Under the pieces are notes generated by a model that made no database searches, had not been told where the DNA came from, and saw only the letters and a program-made list of their open reading frames with translations. Both the position numbers and the translations under genes were made by a program. 43,050 bases of DNA from Octopus sinensis (lineage: Eukaryota), in assembly GCF_006345805.1 (NCBI RefSeq), contig NW_021831899.1, forward strand, positions 1-43,050. Reading direction: 5' to 3'. Of this stretch, positions 1 through 10,592 are shown one piece after another (within the stretch, counting starts at the first letter, position 1; each line of letters opens with the position of its first letter).

Positions 1-288
1 GAATAAATTTTAATAGTATTGATTTAATTATTATCGATTTAAAGATATAGTCGTGAAACACGAATAGTCAATTTAATCTTTATTTAATTTAGTGATTTTT
101 TAAATAATATTTATTATAATATATTAAAATTTTTCTATATGATTTAATGTAGATAATATCGTTCACTATTGAATTACCTAATAGAGGTTTTTCTCTTAAT
201 TATATACATATATTATATATTGTGAAATTTAATTTAGAATTGCTAAATTGAATATTTCCCTGTAAGTTTGGAATTATATTCCCTACTA

Positions 289-290
<2 letters not shown>
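1..290. repeat. AT-rich interspersed repeat fragment, family unassigned
   Basis: 258-285 (ccctgtaagtttggaattatattcccta) is the reverse complement, with small indels, of 33633-33658 (tagggaataaatccaaatttacaggg); followed by (ATT)n at ~289-330. Confidence 0.45.
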
Positions 291-335
<45 letters not shown>

Positions 336-495
336 CTATTTGAGCAGTAATATTCTATGTAGTTGTTAGTTATGGTAGGTCAGAATGCTACCCTTGGTTC
401 CACATCATGAGTCACCAAAATTGCTTAGGGCAATAATAAGTGTGAAACCAATGGCAACTTTCTGACCGGCCATAACCAACAGCTACATGAAATAT

Positions 496-653
496 AGGAG
501 TGGCTGTGTGGTAAGAAGTTTGCTTTCCGACGACATGGTTCTGAGTTCAGTCCCACTGCATGGCAGCTTGGGCAAGTGCCTTCTCCTATAGCCTCAGGCC
601 GACCAAAGCCTTGTGAGTGGATTTGGTAGATGGAAACTGAAAGAAGCCCATCG

Positions 654-687
<34 letters not shown>

Positions 688-891
688 AGGGAATTATTTG
701 TGTGTCTGTGTTTGTTTCCCCGCCATCTCTTGACAACTGATGTTTGTGTGTTTACATCCCCATAACCTAGTGGTTCAGCCAAAGAGACTGACAGAATAAG
801 TACCATGCTTACAAAGTATAAGTCCTGGGGTAAATTTGTTCAACTAAAGGTGGTGCTCCAGCATGGCCACAGTCAAATGACTGAAACGAAT
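496..891 (+). mobile_element. tRNA-derived SINE, family A (internal AT/GT microsatellite)
   Basis: A-box-like tggctgtgtgg, B-box-like gagttcagtccc, CORE-like cttgggcaagtg, internal (TA)/(TG)n, 3' end gtgctccagcatggccacagtcaaatgactgaaac; homologous to 10810-11202 and other copies. Confidence 0.85.
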
Positions 892-894
892 ATA

Positions 895-1095
895 TCTTCT
901 ATCTTTTACTTGTTTCAATCATTTGATTGCGGCCATACTGGGTCACCACCAGGACTTATTTTTTAAAGCCTAGTATGTATTCTATTGGTCCCCTTTTGCC
1001 AAACCACTAAGTTAAGGGGACATAAATGCACCAACACTTGTCATCAAGCAGTGGTGGGGGACAAATACAAATACACATACCCACACACACACAGG
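895..1095 (-). mobile_element. SINE family A, 3' half
   Basis: Reverse complement of the family A tail (cttttacttgtttcaatcatttgattgcggccatactgg) and body, tail-to-tail with the 496-891 copy. Confidence 0.8.
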
Positions 1096-1182
1096 TAGAT
1101 AGGTAGGTATGTAGGTAGATAGATAAATAGACAGACACACATACATACAGACAGGTAAATAGATATATATATATATATATAT

Positions 1183-1227
<45 letters not shown>

Positions 1228-1240
1228 AATAGATAGATAG
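1096..1240. repeat. Compound (AGGT)/(AT)/(AGAT)n microsatellite
   Basis: Direct reading. Confidence 0.95.
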
Positions 1241-1407
1241 ATCCTTATAAAAAGCAAAGTTTGTATGTTAACCGTTAAAGACACTAAATAAAATTGATAA
1301 TATTTCAAATTTTTCATGTCATTTTAATTTAACCATTATGCATATAACTGTGTGCTTATTTTCCGAAAACGGAATGGAATTGTCGAGTTGGTGGTGTATT
1401 GCCTCCA

Positions 1408-2059
1408 CTCTCTATGCGTCCATGCTGCCAACAAAGCACGCGGAATTCTGTTCTTGATTCAACGGTCATTCGGAATGCTCACAGCAGCCATATTCCTACC
1501 ACTCTATGTCACGCTGGTGAGACCCATATTGGAGTATGGGATTCAAGCCTCTTCTCCTTATCTCCTCAAAGACATACAGCATCTCGAAAGAGTCCAGAAG
1601 CTGGCTACCCGCATGGTTCATGGTCTCAAAAATTTGTCCTACGAAGAAAGGCTGAGGACGCTCGACCTTTATTCTCTTGAAAAACGCGCCGGGCCGCCGG
1701 GTGATCTCATTCTCGCCCACAACATCATAAGCGGAAAGTGTAACCTCTCGAAAGAGCTGTTCTTCACTCCTGCTCCAGAGCGTCGGCTGCGGGGTCATTC
1801 CGCAAAGCTCTACCAGCGACGATTTCATCTCAATCGAAGGAGAGGAGCTTTCTCCGTCCGGGTTGCGGATCTGTGGGGAACAGCTGCTGCCAGACGAGAT
1901 GGTGAAGATGCCGACGACCGCTTTGTTCAAGCCTCTCTTGACCTCAAGTGGCCTGAACTCTTTACATGAACACCACCCTGTACTTAACTCCATGTCCCCC
2001 TACATGGCCTTGCTATTTGCTTTTGAGCCAAATTAACTAACTAACTAACTAACTAACTA
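1408..2059 (+). mobile_element. 5'-truncated CR1-clade LINE (ORF2 C-terminus, 3'UTR, (CTAA)n tail)
   Basis: ORF 1352-1969 contains LYVTLVRPILEY...KDIQHLERVQKLATRMV.GLKNLSYEERLRTLDLYSLEKR...DLI...RLRGH..KL...RR.AFSVRV, the typical CR1 post-RT region; (CTAA)n tail at 2034-2059. Confidence 0.9.
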
Positions 2060-2520
2060 TCTACATACTGACTATTTCACCATGATGCTTTTTACAGAGT
2101 GAAAAAAAAATAACTCCACCTGTCACTCAACCCACCTCCACTTTCTATAACTTTGTACATTACATTTATTCTTTTGAAGTCACCACCAGACTCTTCTTTC
2201 TCTCTGTCTCTATATTCCTCTCACTACATCCTACTCTCTCTCTCTGGTTGTATATGTGCGTGTGTCTCTCTCACTACCTTTTTCTCTTTAGAGACAAAAC
2301 ATGTAAGAAGAAGATAAAGGAGGTTACAGAGAAAAAACAAGTGGGATGTCGGACCTCTGCTTTCTCTCTGTCTATATATCCGTCTGTCTCTATCTCTAAT
2401 TATCTTCCCCTGTCTCTCTCTCTGGTTGTATATTTGTGTGTGTCTCTCTCACTACCTCTACCTTTTTTTTTCCTCTAGAGAAAATATACATGACACAGAT
2501 GGAAAAGGTTTTAAGGTGAA

Positions 2521-3455
2521 GAGGATGATACTGTTTGTTATCCTGTTGAATTCCTCGACAGTCTGAAACTATCCGGTATGCTGTCATACAACCTTGAATT
2601 GAAGAAGGGCGCAGTTATCATGCTTCTCAGAATCCAGAATCAGCCATGATTGTGCAATGGTTCACGTTTGGTTGTGGCTGACCTACAGCCTCACATTATT
2701 ACCAAAGCAAAAATCCTTACTTGATGTGGTAAGGAAGACACCGTATTTATACCTAGAATACCAATAATACCAAAAGATGTTCCTTTTCATTTCAAACAAT
2801 TGCAATTCCCAGTGAGAATCAAAGTCAGTTACACAATGACCATTAACAAGTCCCATGGTCAAACATTGCAGGTTGTCTGTCTCCATCTAGAAGAGTACTG
2901 GGATCTTTTCGGTTTGAACGGCAGTTTTTCTAGCGGTGTCATATGAAATTGTCACACATAATTATGACCCTAGTATCGATCTATTGCATTTCAATCTGTT
3001 TTAGGGTTAGGGTTAGGGGTGGGGAGAAGGGTATCTTTTTTTCTTCAGAAATGTAAATAAACCCAATCTGTTTCTTAAACGAGGGACATATTCACATGGC
3101 ACAGAATGTTTTCAACCAATCAATGACGTCAATAGACGTCATTGATTGGTTGAAATTGCAGAAATTGAAGAAGATATCTTACAAACTATAGAATTTTCTC
3201 AATAAAGCCAAGAGAAAAAGATGGTTTATAAACACATTCTACCAGTATACAAAGTTTAAAAGTGTTTAGTGACGTGGAAATTATTTTAAAAAACTGCCGT
3301 TCAAACCGAAAAGATCCGAGTGCTGTTTCTCACACGGTGAATTTGTATGTAGGTTGCTCTAGAGTGGGAACCCACAGAAATTCTTCATATATGCTCAAAA
3401 GAGGAAAAAAATTAAAACATTGTATATACTGAAGTTCTTTCCATATTTAGATATT
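2521..3455 (+). pseudogene. Helitron RepHel PIF1-like helicase C-terminal remnant
   Basis: Translates (with stops and shifts) YPVEFLDSLKLSGM..NLELKKGAVIMLLR..LCNGSRLVV..VFIPRIPIIP.DVPFHFKQLQFPVR..TMTINKSHGQTLQVVCLHLEE, then after the MITE CCFSHG..YVGCSRVG..NIVYTEVL. Confidence 0.92.
2901..3317. mobile_element. MITE, 29-bp TIR, 8-bp TSD (Merlin-like)
   Basis: Perfect TIR ggatcttttcggtttgaacggcagttttt (2901-2929 / 3289-3317); TSD gagtactg (2893-2900) / gagtgctg (3318-3325). GG..CC termini with an 8-bp TSD fit the Merlin superfamily. Confidence 0.9.
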
Positions 3456-3601
3456 CTAAATAAATTTTTGAAATTATGTTATGCAATATTTAAATACCTT
3501 TTAACAACTTTTATTGTAAGGAAAATGGGCATTACGATAGAAGCAAGTGAAATCTTTGCAACATTTGTACAGACCGGGTTGAAGGCCAGAAGGCTCACTA
3601 G

Positions 3602-3609
3602 TGTGTGCG

Positions 3610-3666
<57 letters not shown>

Positions 3667-3799
3667 TGTGTTTGTTTGTAATTATGCATGTGAATATGTA
3701 TTTGTGTGAACTTATGTGTATTTATATGTAAATTAGTTATTTGTATCTTTACATGTGTATGCGTATGCATATATGCATGGATATGTCTATGAATATTCT

Positions 3800-3836
<37 letters not shown>

Positions 3837-4158
3837 TGTGTGTATATATATGTGTGTGTGTGTGCATTTCTATATATGTTTGAGTATACGCACATATGTG
3901 CACACGTGTGTGTATGTATGTGTGTGTGTGTGTATGTGTGTGTGCATTGTGTGTGCGTGTACATGAATGAAAGAGATTAAAGCTAAGATATGGAAGATAC
4001 AGAAAAAGTAAACGAAAAGCAAAGAAAAGAAAGAAAGAAAAAGAGAAAGAAAGAAAGAAAGAGAGAAAGAAAGAAAGAAAGAGCAAAAATATGATAACAC
4101 AATATTTATAGTTTCTTTCCAGGTAAAAGAATGCCAAGTAAAAAAATGTATACATATG

Positions 4159-4228
<70 letters not shown>

Positions 4229-4230
4229 GG
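3602..4230. repeat. Compound (GA)/(GT)/(AT)/(GAAA)/(CA) microsatellite block
   Basis: Direct reading. Confidence 0.9.
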
Positions 4231-4479
4231 CATTATATATAAAAGCCAATAAAAAATATTTTAAATGATATGAAAGGTGCCTAGTTTTCTTTTTTTTGGT
4301 GGTTTTTTGTTTACCAATTTTTTTTTTTACGTTTTTGTGGTATCTTTTTGTTTCATATTTTATTTTGTTTTGTTATTTTCTATAATGAAAATTTCACATG
4401 TGGCTTCATGGAGAAAAGAAAAACAAAAACAGACATTTCTGTCAGTTTAGAGAAGAAATTATCTGAAGAATACTGTTAT

Positions 4480-4510
<31 letters not shown>

Positions 4511-4682
4511 GCTACTGCTACTGACTACTACTACTACTACTGCTACTGCTGCTGCTGCTGCTGATAACAAGACTAGCAACAACACCACAGCCACCACTAC
4601 AGGTGATACTACCACCACCACCATCATCATCATCATTATCATCATCACTACTGACTGCCACCACTCCTACTGCTGCTGCTGT

Positions 4683-4721
<39 letters not shown>

Positions 4722-4810
4722 CAACACTGCTTCCATTACCGAGATCCCACCACCACCACCACCATACAACTACTACATTTCCAAAGTTTGTAGTAGTAGT
4801 AGTAGTAGTT

Positions 4811-4842
<32 letters not shown>

Positions 4843-4845
4843 TCT
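4480..4845. repeat. Trinucleotide block (CTA)/(CTG)/(CAC)/(CAT)/(TAG)n
   Basis: Direct reading. Confidence 0.95.
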
Positions 4846-5539
4846 TTGCAAAATGGCCCACAAGATGTAAATGACATGTGTTAATAATATCGGCAAATTT
4901 TTATACGCTGTGTGTTGCCCCCAAAGAAATCCTATGAAGTGGAAGTAGGTTTTTTTGTTTGTTTGTTTGTAAATTTTTTTTTTTGGTATGTTTTTGGTTT
5001 TGTCTTGTTTTGTAGTTTCGTTTCGTTTCGTTTTCGCTGTTTTTTCTTCTTTCTTTTCGTTGCTATTGTTTTTGTCTTTGTTGTTTTGTTTTTTTTTATG
5101 CTTTTGTTGTTTATGTAGTTGTTATTTGTTTCTGCCAACTACTTTTGTCTGTGGCGGTGGTGGTAGTTAAGTCGGTGGGGTGGGATGTGTATAGATGGGT
5201 GTGATTCTCTTTCTTTGTCAATTGAAAATAGAAATTGATGATACCTTAAGCTATTTTACTCAATTCTTTGAAATAACTATCTTTTCCTTCTTTGTTCTTT
5301 ATTCCCCTCTGTTTTTTTTTTTTTTGCTTTGTTTTTGAAACATTTTTCATAATTCTTTATTTTTATTATGTTTTATAAATATATTCGTTTATTTATTTAC
5401 AGTTTGTTTTTATTTGGCACCTTCCATATCCATTTACTTTTTTTGTCTTTTTATGGGTTGAAGGATTCTGAAAATTTTCAATTATTCTATGAGTTGTTAT
5501 TGTTTAATAGCTTTTGTCATTATGACGATAACTCGAGTA

Positions 5540-5930
5540 GATCTGTGTTAAAGAGGAAGTTGATTGAATGGTTTTCAAGTGGGCATGGCTTATGGATTCG
5601 AAGTTGCTGTGTGGTTAGGATTGTTGCTTTGCAAACCGTTTAATTCTGGGTTTAATATTAACTACAACAGAAGGTTTGGGGTAGTGTGGTTCTGTTGTGA
5701 TTTGGATCTGATAATGGTTGTGGTGTTGGATAATGTGAGGACAGGTGTTACATCTTTGGCGAGTACATTTAAAAGTGCCTGCTCGTGCATGGCTGCATGT
5801 TATGGGGCTTCTAACTGGGAGGTTACTGAGAACCCTATCCTTTTGAAAGCAAAGACAGTATCAGTGGTTGCGAAAACAGGAAACAGGAACCAGAATTTGT
5901 AGATGAGCTTGTGTTTGAATGGGAGGAGGG
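5540..5930 (-). pseudogene. Degraded Penelope-like element, linker/GIY-YIG-proximal fragment
   Basis: Minus strand gives FAFKR then AGTFKCTRQRCNTCPHI (the CxxxxCxxC motif preceding PLE GIY-YIG) and a KRFAKQ resembling DRFAEH; heavily frameshifted. Confidence 0.5.
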
Positions 5931-6149
5931 ATAGGTGGAAGGTGAGAGAGAGAGAGAGAGAGAGAGGGGGGGGAGGGAGAGAGAGAAAGAGTGGAATCTG
6001 GCCTGTATGTTAACTTTACATTTTAGTAATTCTATTCCGCTTGAAGGGGAATAAGATAAAGTACCAAGCAAGTACTGAGTGGGGGTGGGGTTTTAATAGC
6101 ATTGCTGGCCTTGTGTCTGAATTGGAAACAATTATAATTGTTATAAATT

Positions 6150-6370
6150 AAGGTGGTGTATTTGCAAAATTGCTAGCATGTCCGACAAAATGCATTCTGG
6201 CATTTCTTCTGGTTCTGGATGTTCTGAGTTCAAATACTACCAAGGTCAACTTTGTTTTTTCGTCCTTTCAGGGTCGATAAAATAGGTACATGTTGAACAC
6301 TAGGGTTAATATAATCAACTAAACCTCTTCCAACGAAATTGCTGGCCTTGTGCCAAAGTTTGAAACCATT
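6150..6370 (+). mobile_element. SINE family B (Meta-domain-like core), degenerate
   Basis: gttctgagttcaaat B-box and core cctttcagggtcgataaaataggtac; homologous to the 6441-6674 copy. Confidence 0.7.
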
Positions 6371-6440
6371 AAGATGTTGAAAATGTCCCATGAAAACTAA
6401 GATGTAGAAAAACCTTATTGGCATCTGCAGACAACATTAT

Positions 6441-6674
6441 CTATTTCTTTATTACCCACAAGGGGCTCAACACAGAAGGGACAAACAAGGACAGACATAG
6501 GTATTAAGTCGATTACATCGACCCCAGTGCGTAACTGGTACTTAATTTATCGACCTCGAAAGGATGAAAGGCAAAGTTGACCTTGGCGGAATTTGAACTC
6601 ACAACGTAACGGCAGACGAAATACCGCTAAGCATTTCGCCCGGCGTGCTAATGTTTCTGCCAGCTCGCCGCCTT
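6441..6674 (-). mobile_element. SINE family B
   Basis: Reverse strand reads aaggcggcgagctggcag...gagttcaaattcc...gcctttcatcctttcgaggtcgataaattaagtacc...gccccttgtgggtaataaagaaa. Confidence 0.88.
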
Positions 6675-6901
6675 CCATACAGCAGTATGGGATGCTAGAT
6701 GGATGGACTGGTTAAACAACTGGCAGTTTAAACAACTGCAGACAATATTACCACCATTTTATCAGACACCAAAGACATAGAGGTGATTGGCACTTCTCTA
6801 AGGGAAGACAAGGCAGTAACAGGGACAAAAATCAACCAAGAAATGTCTGTGAGCCAGCAGCATGGCACCTGGAGAGGCAGGTTCAAGCCATGCAGCAGTA
6901 T

Positions 6902-7132
6902 TTAATTCTTTATTGCTCACAAGGGGCTAAACATAGAGGGGACAAATGACAAACAAAAGGACTAAGTCGATTACATTGACCCCAGTGCATAACTGGTACC
7001 TATTTAATCGACCCCAAAAGGATGAAAGGCAAAGTTGACCTTGGCGAAATTTGAACTCAGAACGTAGTGACAGATGAAATACCACTAAGCATTTTGCCCG
7101 GCGTTCTAATGATTCTGCCAGCTCGCCGCCTT
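6902..7132 (-). mobile_element. SINE family B with decayed 14-bp TSD
   Basis: Same family; TSD ccatgcagcagtat (6888-6901) / ccatacggcagtat (7133-7146). Confidence 0.88.
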
Positions 7133-7820
7133 CCATACGGCAGTATGGGATGCTAGATGGATGGACTGGTTAAACAACTGGCAGTATGGTTTGGTCGAGT
7201 AACCTAAGTGAGAAGAACTGAAACAAGGTGATAAGCAAGGTGGCTAGCCTCACCTGCGAATGAACTGAGAGAAAGCTGTCCCTAAAGGTCGGGCAGAAAT
7301 GGTAAACACTTGCATTGCCTCCTCATTCATTATCATCTGACCTTCATGCCTTGCACTGGTTCAAATGTGACTGGACTGGGGATCCTGCTTCTCCTCCTTC
7401 TTGCCTTAGATTGGCTGTGACTGAACAGACCTGTGATCAGATGTGCTCGTGAGCACTCCACCCTTCTTTCAGGTGTTGTCTATTTAAACCTGCATTATCC
7501 AACTTCTCTCTCTCTCTCTCATCACTTTCTCTCTCCCACTGTCTTTTTAAGGATCGAGGGGAGGGGTATAATTTGAGGGGATTTATGCTGCTGTTTCTAG
7601 AATCTTTTTTGCTTGCCCTGGGTTTAATATTAACAACTCCATGCCTGTCATTGCATTGACTAATGTCTTGTCAGTGAAATTTGGTAGCCAGAAATTATGT
7701 AGAAGATGTACACTTCGATGAGACAACTAAAAAGAAAATCCCTTTCACTCAGCTTCTTTCATCATGTTAAACTGTTAATCCCAACACATTTCTTCTCTCT
7801 CCATTTGTTTCCCTCTCATC

Positions 7821-7858
7821 TCTTTCTGTTGAAGAGCATAGGCTTGAAATGTCAAAAA
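7821..7858 (+). ncRNA. Decayed minimal type I hammerhead ribozyme relic (PLE-type)
   Basis: tcttt-CTGTTGA-agagc atag gctt-GAAAT-GTC-aaaaa: stem I, a core with A6>U, stem II and a GUC site; several changes look like CpG decay. Confidence 0.45.
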
Positions 7859-7981
7859 TCTTTCCTCTCTTCCTAAGCATCAAATTAATACACCATGGAG
7901 GAAAGATTAATCCAAATACCTTAAACTTAAGATTTATTGCTGAGAAACCATTCCTTTCATTGGAGTTGTCACTTAGTATCC

Positions 7982-8156
7982 TTGTTGTTTAACCCCAGGT
8001 AGTCAGTCTTGAGTCTGTCTAGATCTCTAATCAAGGGCATTCCAGCTGTGACTGTCCAATCTCTTATTAGTTGTTGTTTAACCCCAGGTAGTCAGTTTTG
8101 ATACATTAGATCTCTTAGTCAAGGGCATTCCAGCTGAGACCATCCAATCTCTTATT
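7982..8156 (+). repeat. 89-bp tandem duplication (2 copies)
   Basis: ttgttgtttaaccccaggtagtcagt...agggcattccagctg...ccaatctcttatt starts at 7982 and 8071. Confidence 0.85.
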
Positions 8157-8864
8157 GATGGTGGTGGGGATTCATTATCTGATGTGTCTTTAACTATTTT
8201 TTAAAGATGGTTAAGGTACCATGAAGAAGGAAAGAGAAAGAGGGAGAGAGAGAGAGAGAGAGAGATTTGGCTGCTATTTCACATAAAGTGAGAGACGCTA
8301 TAAAGGCCACCCTTGTTAGCTTGCTCCTCGTCCTTTAAAGGTAAGCTAATTCACTCACGTAGTTTTCATATAATTTGAACATCAACTACATCGTCAACAG
8401 TCATTGTCTAATCGATAATGCTGCTGCTGCTCATCATGACGACGATGAGGAGGATGACGTCGTCGCTGCTGCTGCTGTAGCTGAATCCAACAGACGTATG
8501 ATCAAAGACAATCAACCCACGACCATCTCAATTTCTCGGGCCTCTGAGGATCACATTATAATAAGTCTTTTATCTTCCAACCCTTCCCACCTTTATTTTA
8601 AGACAGCAGGATGGGTGTGATGTGGGGGGAATTGACCACTCTTTCTAGTAGGTTGACCTACAACATAGAAGTTCCCGCGTTCGTTTGTTTAGCTAATTAA
8701 ACTTGCTTCTTTAGTTAATTAAACCTGCAAAAGCCAATTGTTTTTAACGATCCTCGCTCTTTCAGATTACCGGAAAGCTATTTCAAATTTATTAATTTTC
8801 TTTCTCTTTTTTTTTTTTCTTTTACTTTACTCCACTTGGAGTGGGTTTGCTTTTAGAGCGACAG

Positions 8865-8980
8865 GAATAGATAGATGGATGGATGGATGGACGGACAGAC
8901 GGACGGACGGATGGATAGATAGATAGATAGATAGATACATAGATAGATACATAGATAGATAGACGGATGGATGGATGGAG

Positions 8981-9079
<99 letters not shown>
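8865..9079. repeat. (GGAT)/(GGAC)/(GATA)/(GA)n microsatellite
   Basis: Direct reading; abuts the tail of the 9080-9415 element. Confidence 0.95.
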
Positions 9080-9415
9080 TGTTTCTTTATTAGCCACACA
9101 GGGCTGCACACAGACAGAACAAAATTACAAGGTAGAGCTTTTCTTTTGGGGGTAAAAGAAGGGGGTTTGGTTTCGATCAAAAGGGATCGTAAATGGAAAG
9201 AAAGAGGACAAAAAAGGGGGGGATAAAATAAAAATTTTAAAAAATGGGGGGAAGGGGGAGGTGAGGAAAAAAGGGAAAGGAAAAAAATTGATCAATAGGG
9301 ATCGTTATCACAGAAATGTCAATATGAAGTGTAAAGGGGAGGACAGGTGAGGTTTACCCGTGGAAAGAAAAGCCTACGGAAAAGACCACGGTAACCTCGG
9401 TCAATGAAGTCACAT
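9080..9415 (-). mobile_element. LINE-like 3'UTR fragment (clade uncertain)
   Basis: Minus strand ends ctgtgtgcagccctgtgtggctaataaagaaacat followed by an (ATCT)n tail, with a pyrimidine-rich UTR; no coding sequence is retained. Confidence 0.5.
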
Positions 9416-9619
9416 GATATATTTCTTTTTTTTTTTGCAAATAAGCAACTCTCTGACAGACAGACAGACAGACAGACAGACGGATAGACGGACGGACGGA
9501 TGGAGAGAGAAGCAGGCAAACATTAAAAGAGAAAATAAACACGTGTATATGCATGTAGATGGATGTACGCGCGTGTGGATAGGTAGGTGTGTGTGTATGT
9601 GTGTGTTTTAACAGTAAAG

Positions 9620-9780
9620 GCACAGGCGTGGGTGTGTGGTAAAAAGTTTGCTTCCCAGCCTGATGGTTGCGGGTTCTGTTTCGCTGCATGACATGTTGGG
9701 CCGATCAGACACCTGTGAGTGGATTTGGTAGAGGGGCAGCTGAAAGAAACCCGTGGTCTATCTATCTATCTATCTATCTA

Positions 9781-9859
<79 letters not shown>

Positions 9860-10155
9860 ATCTATCTATCTAAATATCTATCTGTCTATCTGTCTGTCTG
9901 TCTGTCTGTGTGTGTGTGTGTGTGTGTGTGTCTTTATGTCTGTGTCTGTCCTTCACCACTGTTTGATGATTGATTTTGGTATGTTTACGTTCCCGTAACT
10001 TAGTGGTTCAACAGAATAGACCGACAGAATGAGTACCAGATTTAAAAAACAAAAAAAAAAAACAAAAAAGAGAAGCTGGTTCATTCGACTAAGAATTCTT
10101 CAAGGTGGTGCCCCAGCATGGCCGCGGTTTAATGACTGAAACAAGTAAACGATAA
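9620..10155 (+). mobile_element. SINE family A with (TCTA)/(TCTG)n internal microsatellite
   Basis: Head gtgtgtggtaaaaagtttgcttcc, gtgagtggatttggtaga, tail ggtgccccagcatggccgcgg..aatgactgaaacaagtaaa. Confidence 0.8.
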
Positions 10156-10194
10156 AAAATAAAAGGAGTAATACAGGATGTTAATATTTAGATG

Positions 10195-10345
10195 ACAGCT
10201 GAGTTCAAATACCATCAGGGGTGACGTAGCCTAACATCCTTTCAGGATCGATAAAATAGTACCAGTTATACACTAGGATCGATGTAATCGACTCCCCCCC
10301 CCCCACACACACCGAAATTGCTGGTCTTATGTCAATATTTGAAAT
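10195..10345 (+). mobile_element. SINE family B fragment
   Basis: gagttcaaatacc...catcctttcaggatcgataaaatagtaccag...gatgtaatcgact. Confidence 0.65.
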
Positions 10346-10592
10346 CAATATTTAGAGGACAGTATAATCCAGCGGCAATGTTCATTCTGTTCGTTGCCAG
10401 AACCCCAACGTCGTGTTGGGATGTCATTCCATTTGTCACTAGAACCCCACAGGACAAGTGGGGATTTTGGGGACTTATTTAATCATGGTAGTCTTTTGTT
10501 TGTTGGCACAGACAACAATCGATTATACTGACTTCAATTAATTGACTGTTTAATTTATTTTCATCAACTCCAGAGGGATGAGAAGCATAGAT

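Larger units (their letters stand above)
1242..3601 (+). mobile_element. Non-autonomous Helitron (putative limits) with nested CR1 and MITE
   Basis: A|TC at 1241/1242 (atccttataaaaagcaaagtttgtatgt), CTAG|T at 3598-3602, and a PIF1-type helicase remnant inside. The 3' hairpin is weak, so the boundaries are inferred. Confidence 0.55.

Noticed and set aside
20-80. Hammerhead-like GAAACacgaataGTC with possible stem I
   Set aside because: No recognisable CUGANGA core (ttatcga); at most a very decayed relic.
2237-2485. ~70-bp segment repeated ~177 bp apart
   Set aside because: A low-complexity CT-rich local duplication inside the Helitron, of no evident significance.
3001-3019. Interstitial telomere
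   Set aside because: Only three TTAGGG units, located inside a MITE.
3420-5170. Low-complexity ORFs (also 8822-9973, 14702-15307, 27048-27755, 39040-39404, 41266-41721)
   Set aside because: They are translations of microsatellites.
7200-7500. LTR- or promoter-like stretch (CCAAT, tttaaata, CAG|GTGAGG on minus)
   Set aside because: No second copy, TG..CA termini, PBS or TSD could be identified.
8320-8340. 21-nt micro-exon LAPRPLK with AAG|GTAAGC donor
   Set aside because: The acceptor is weak and lies next to a repeat remnant; unsupported without RNA data.
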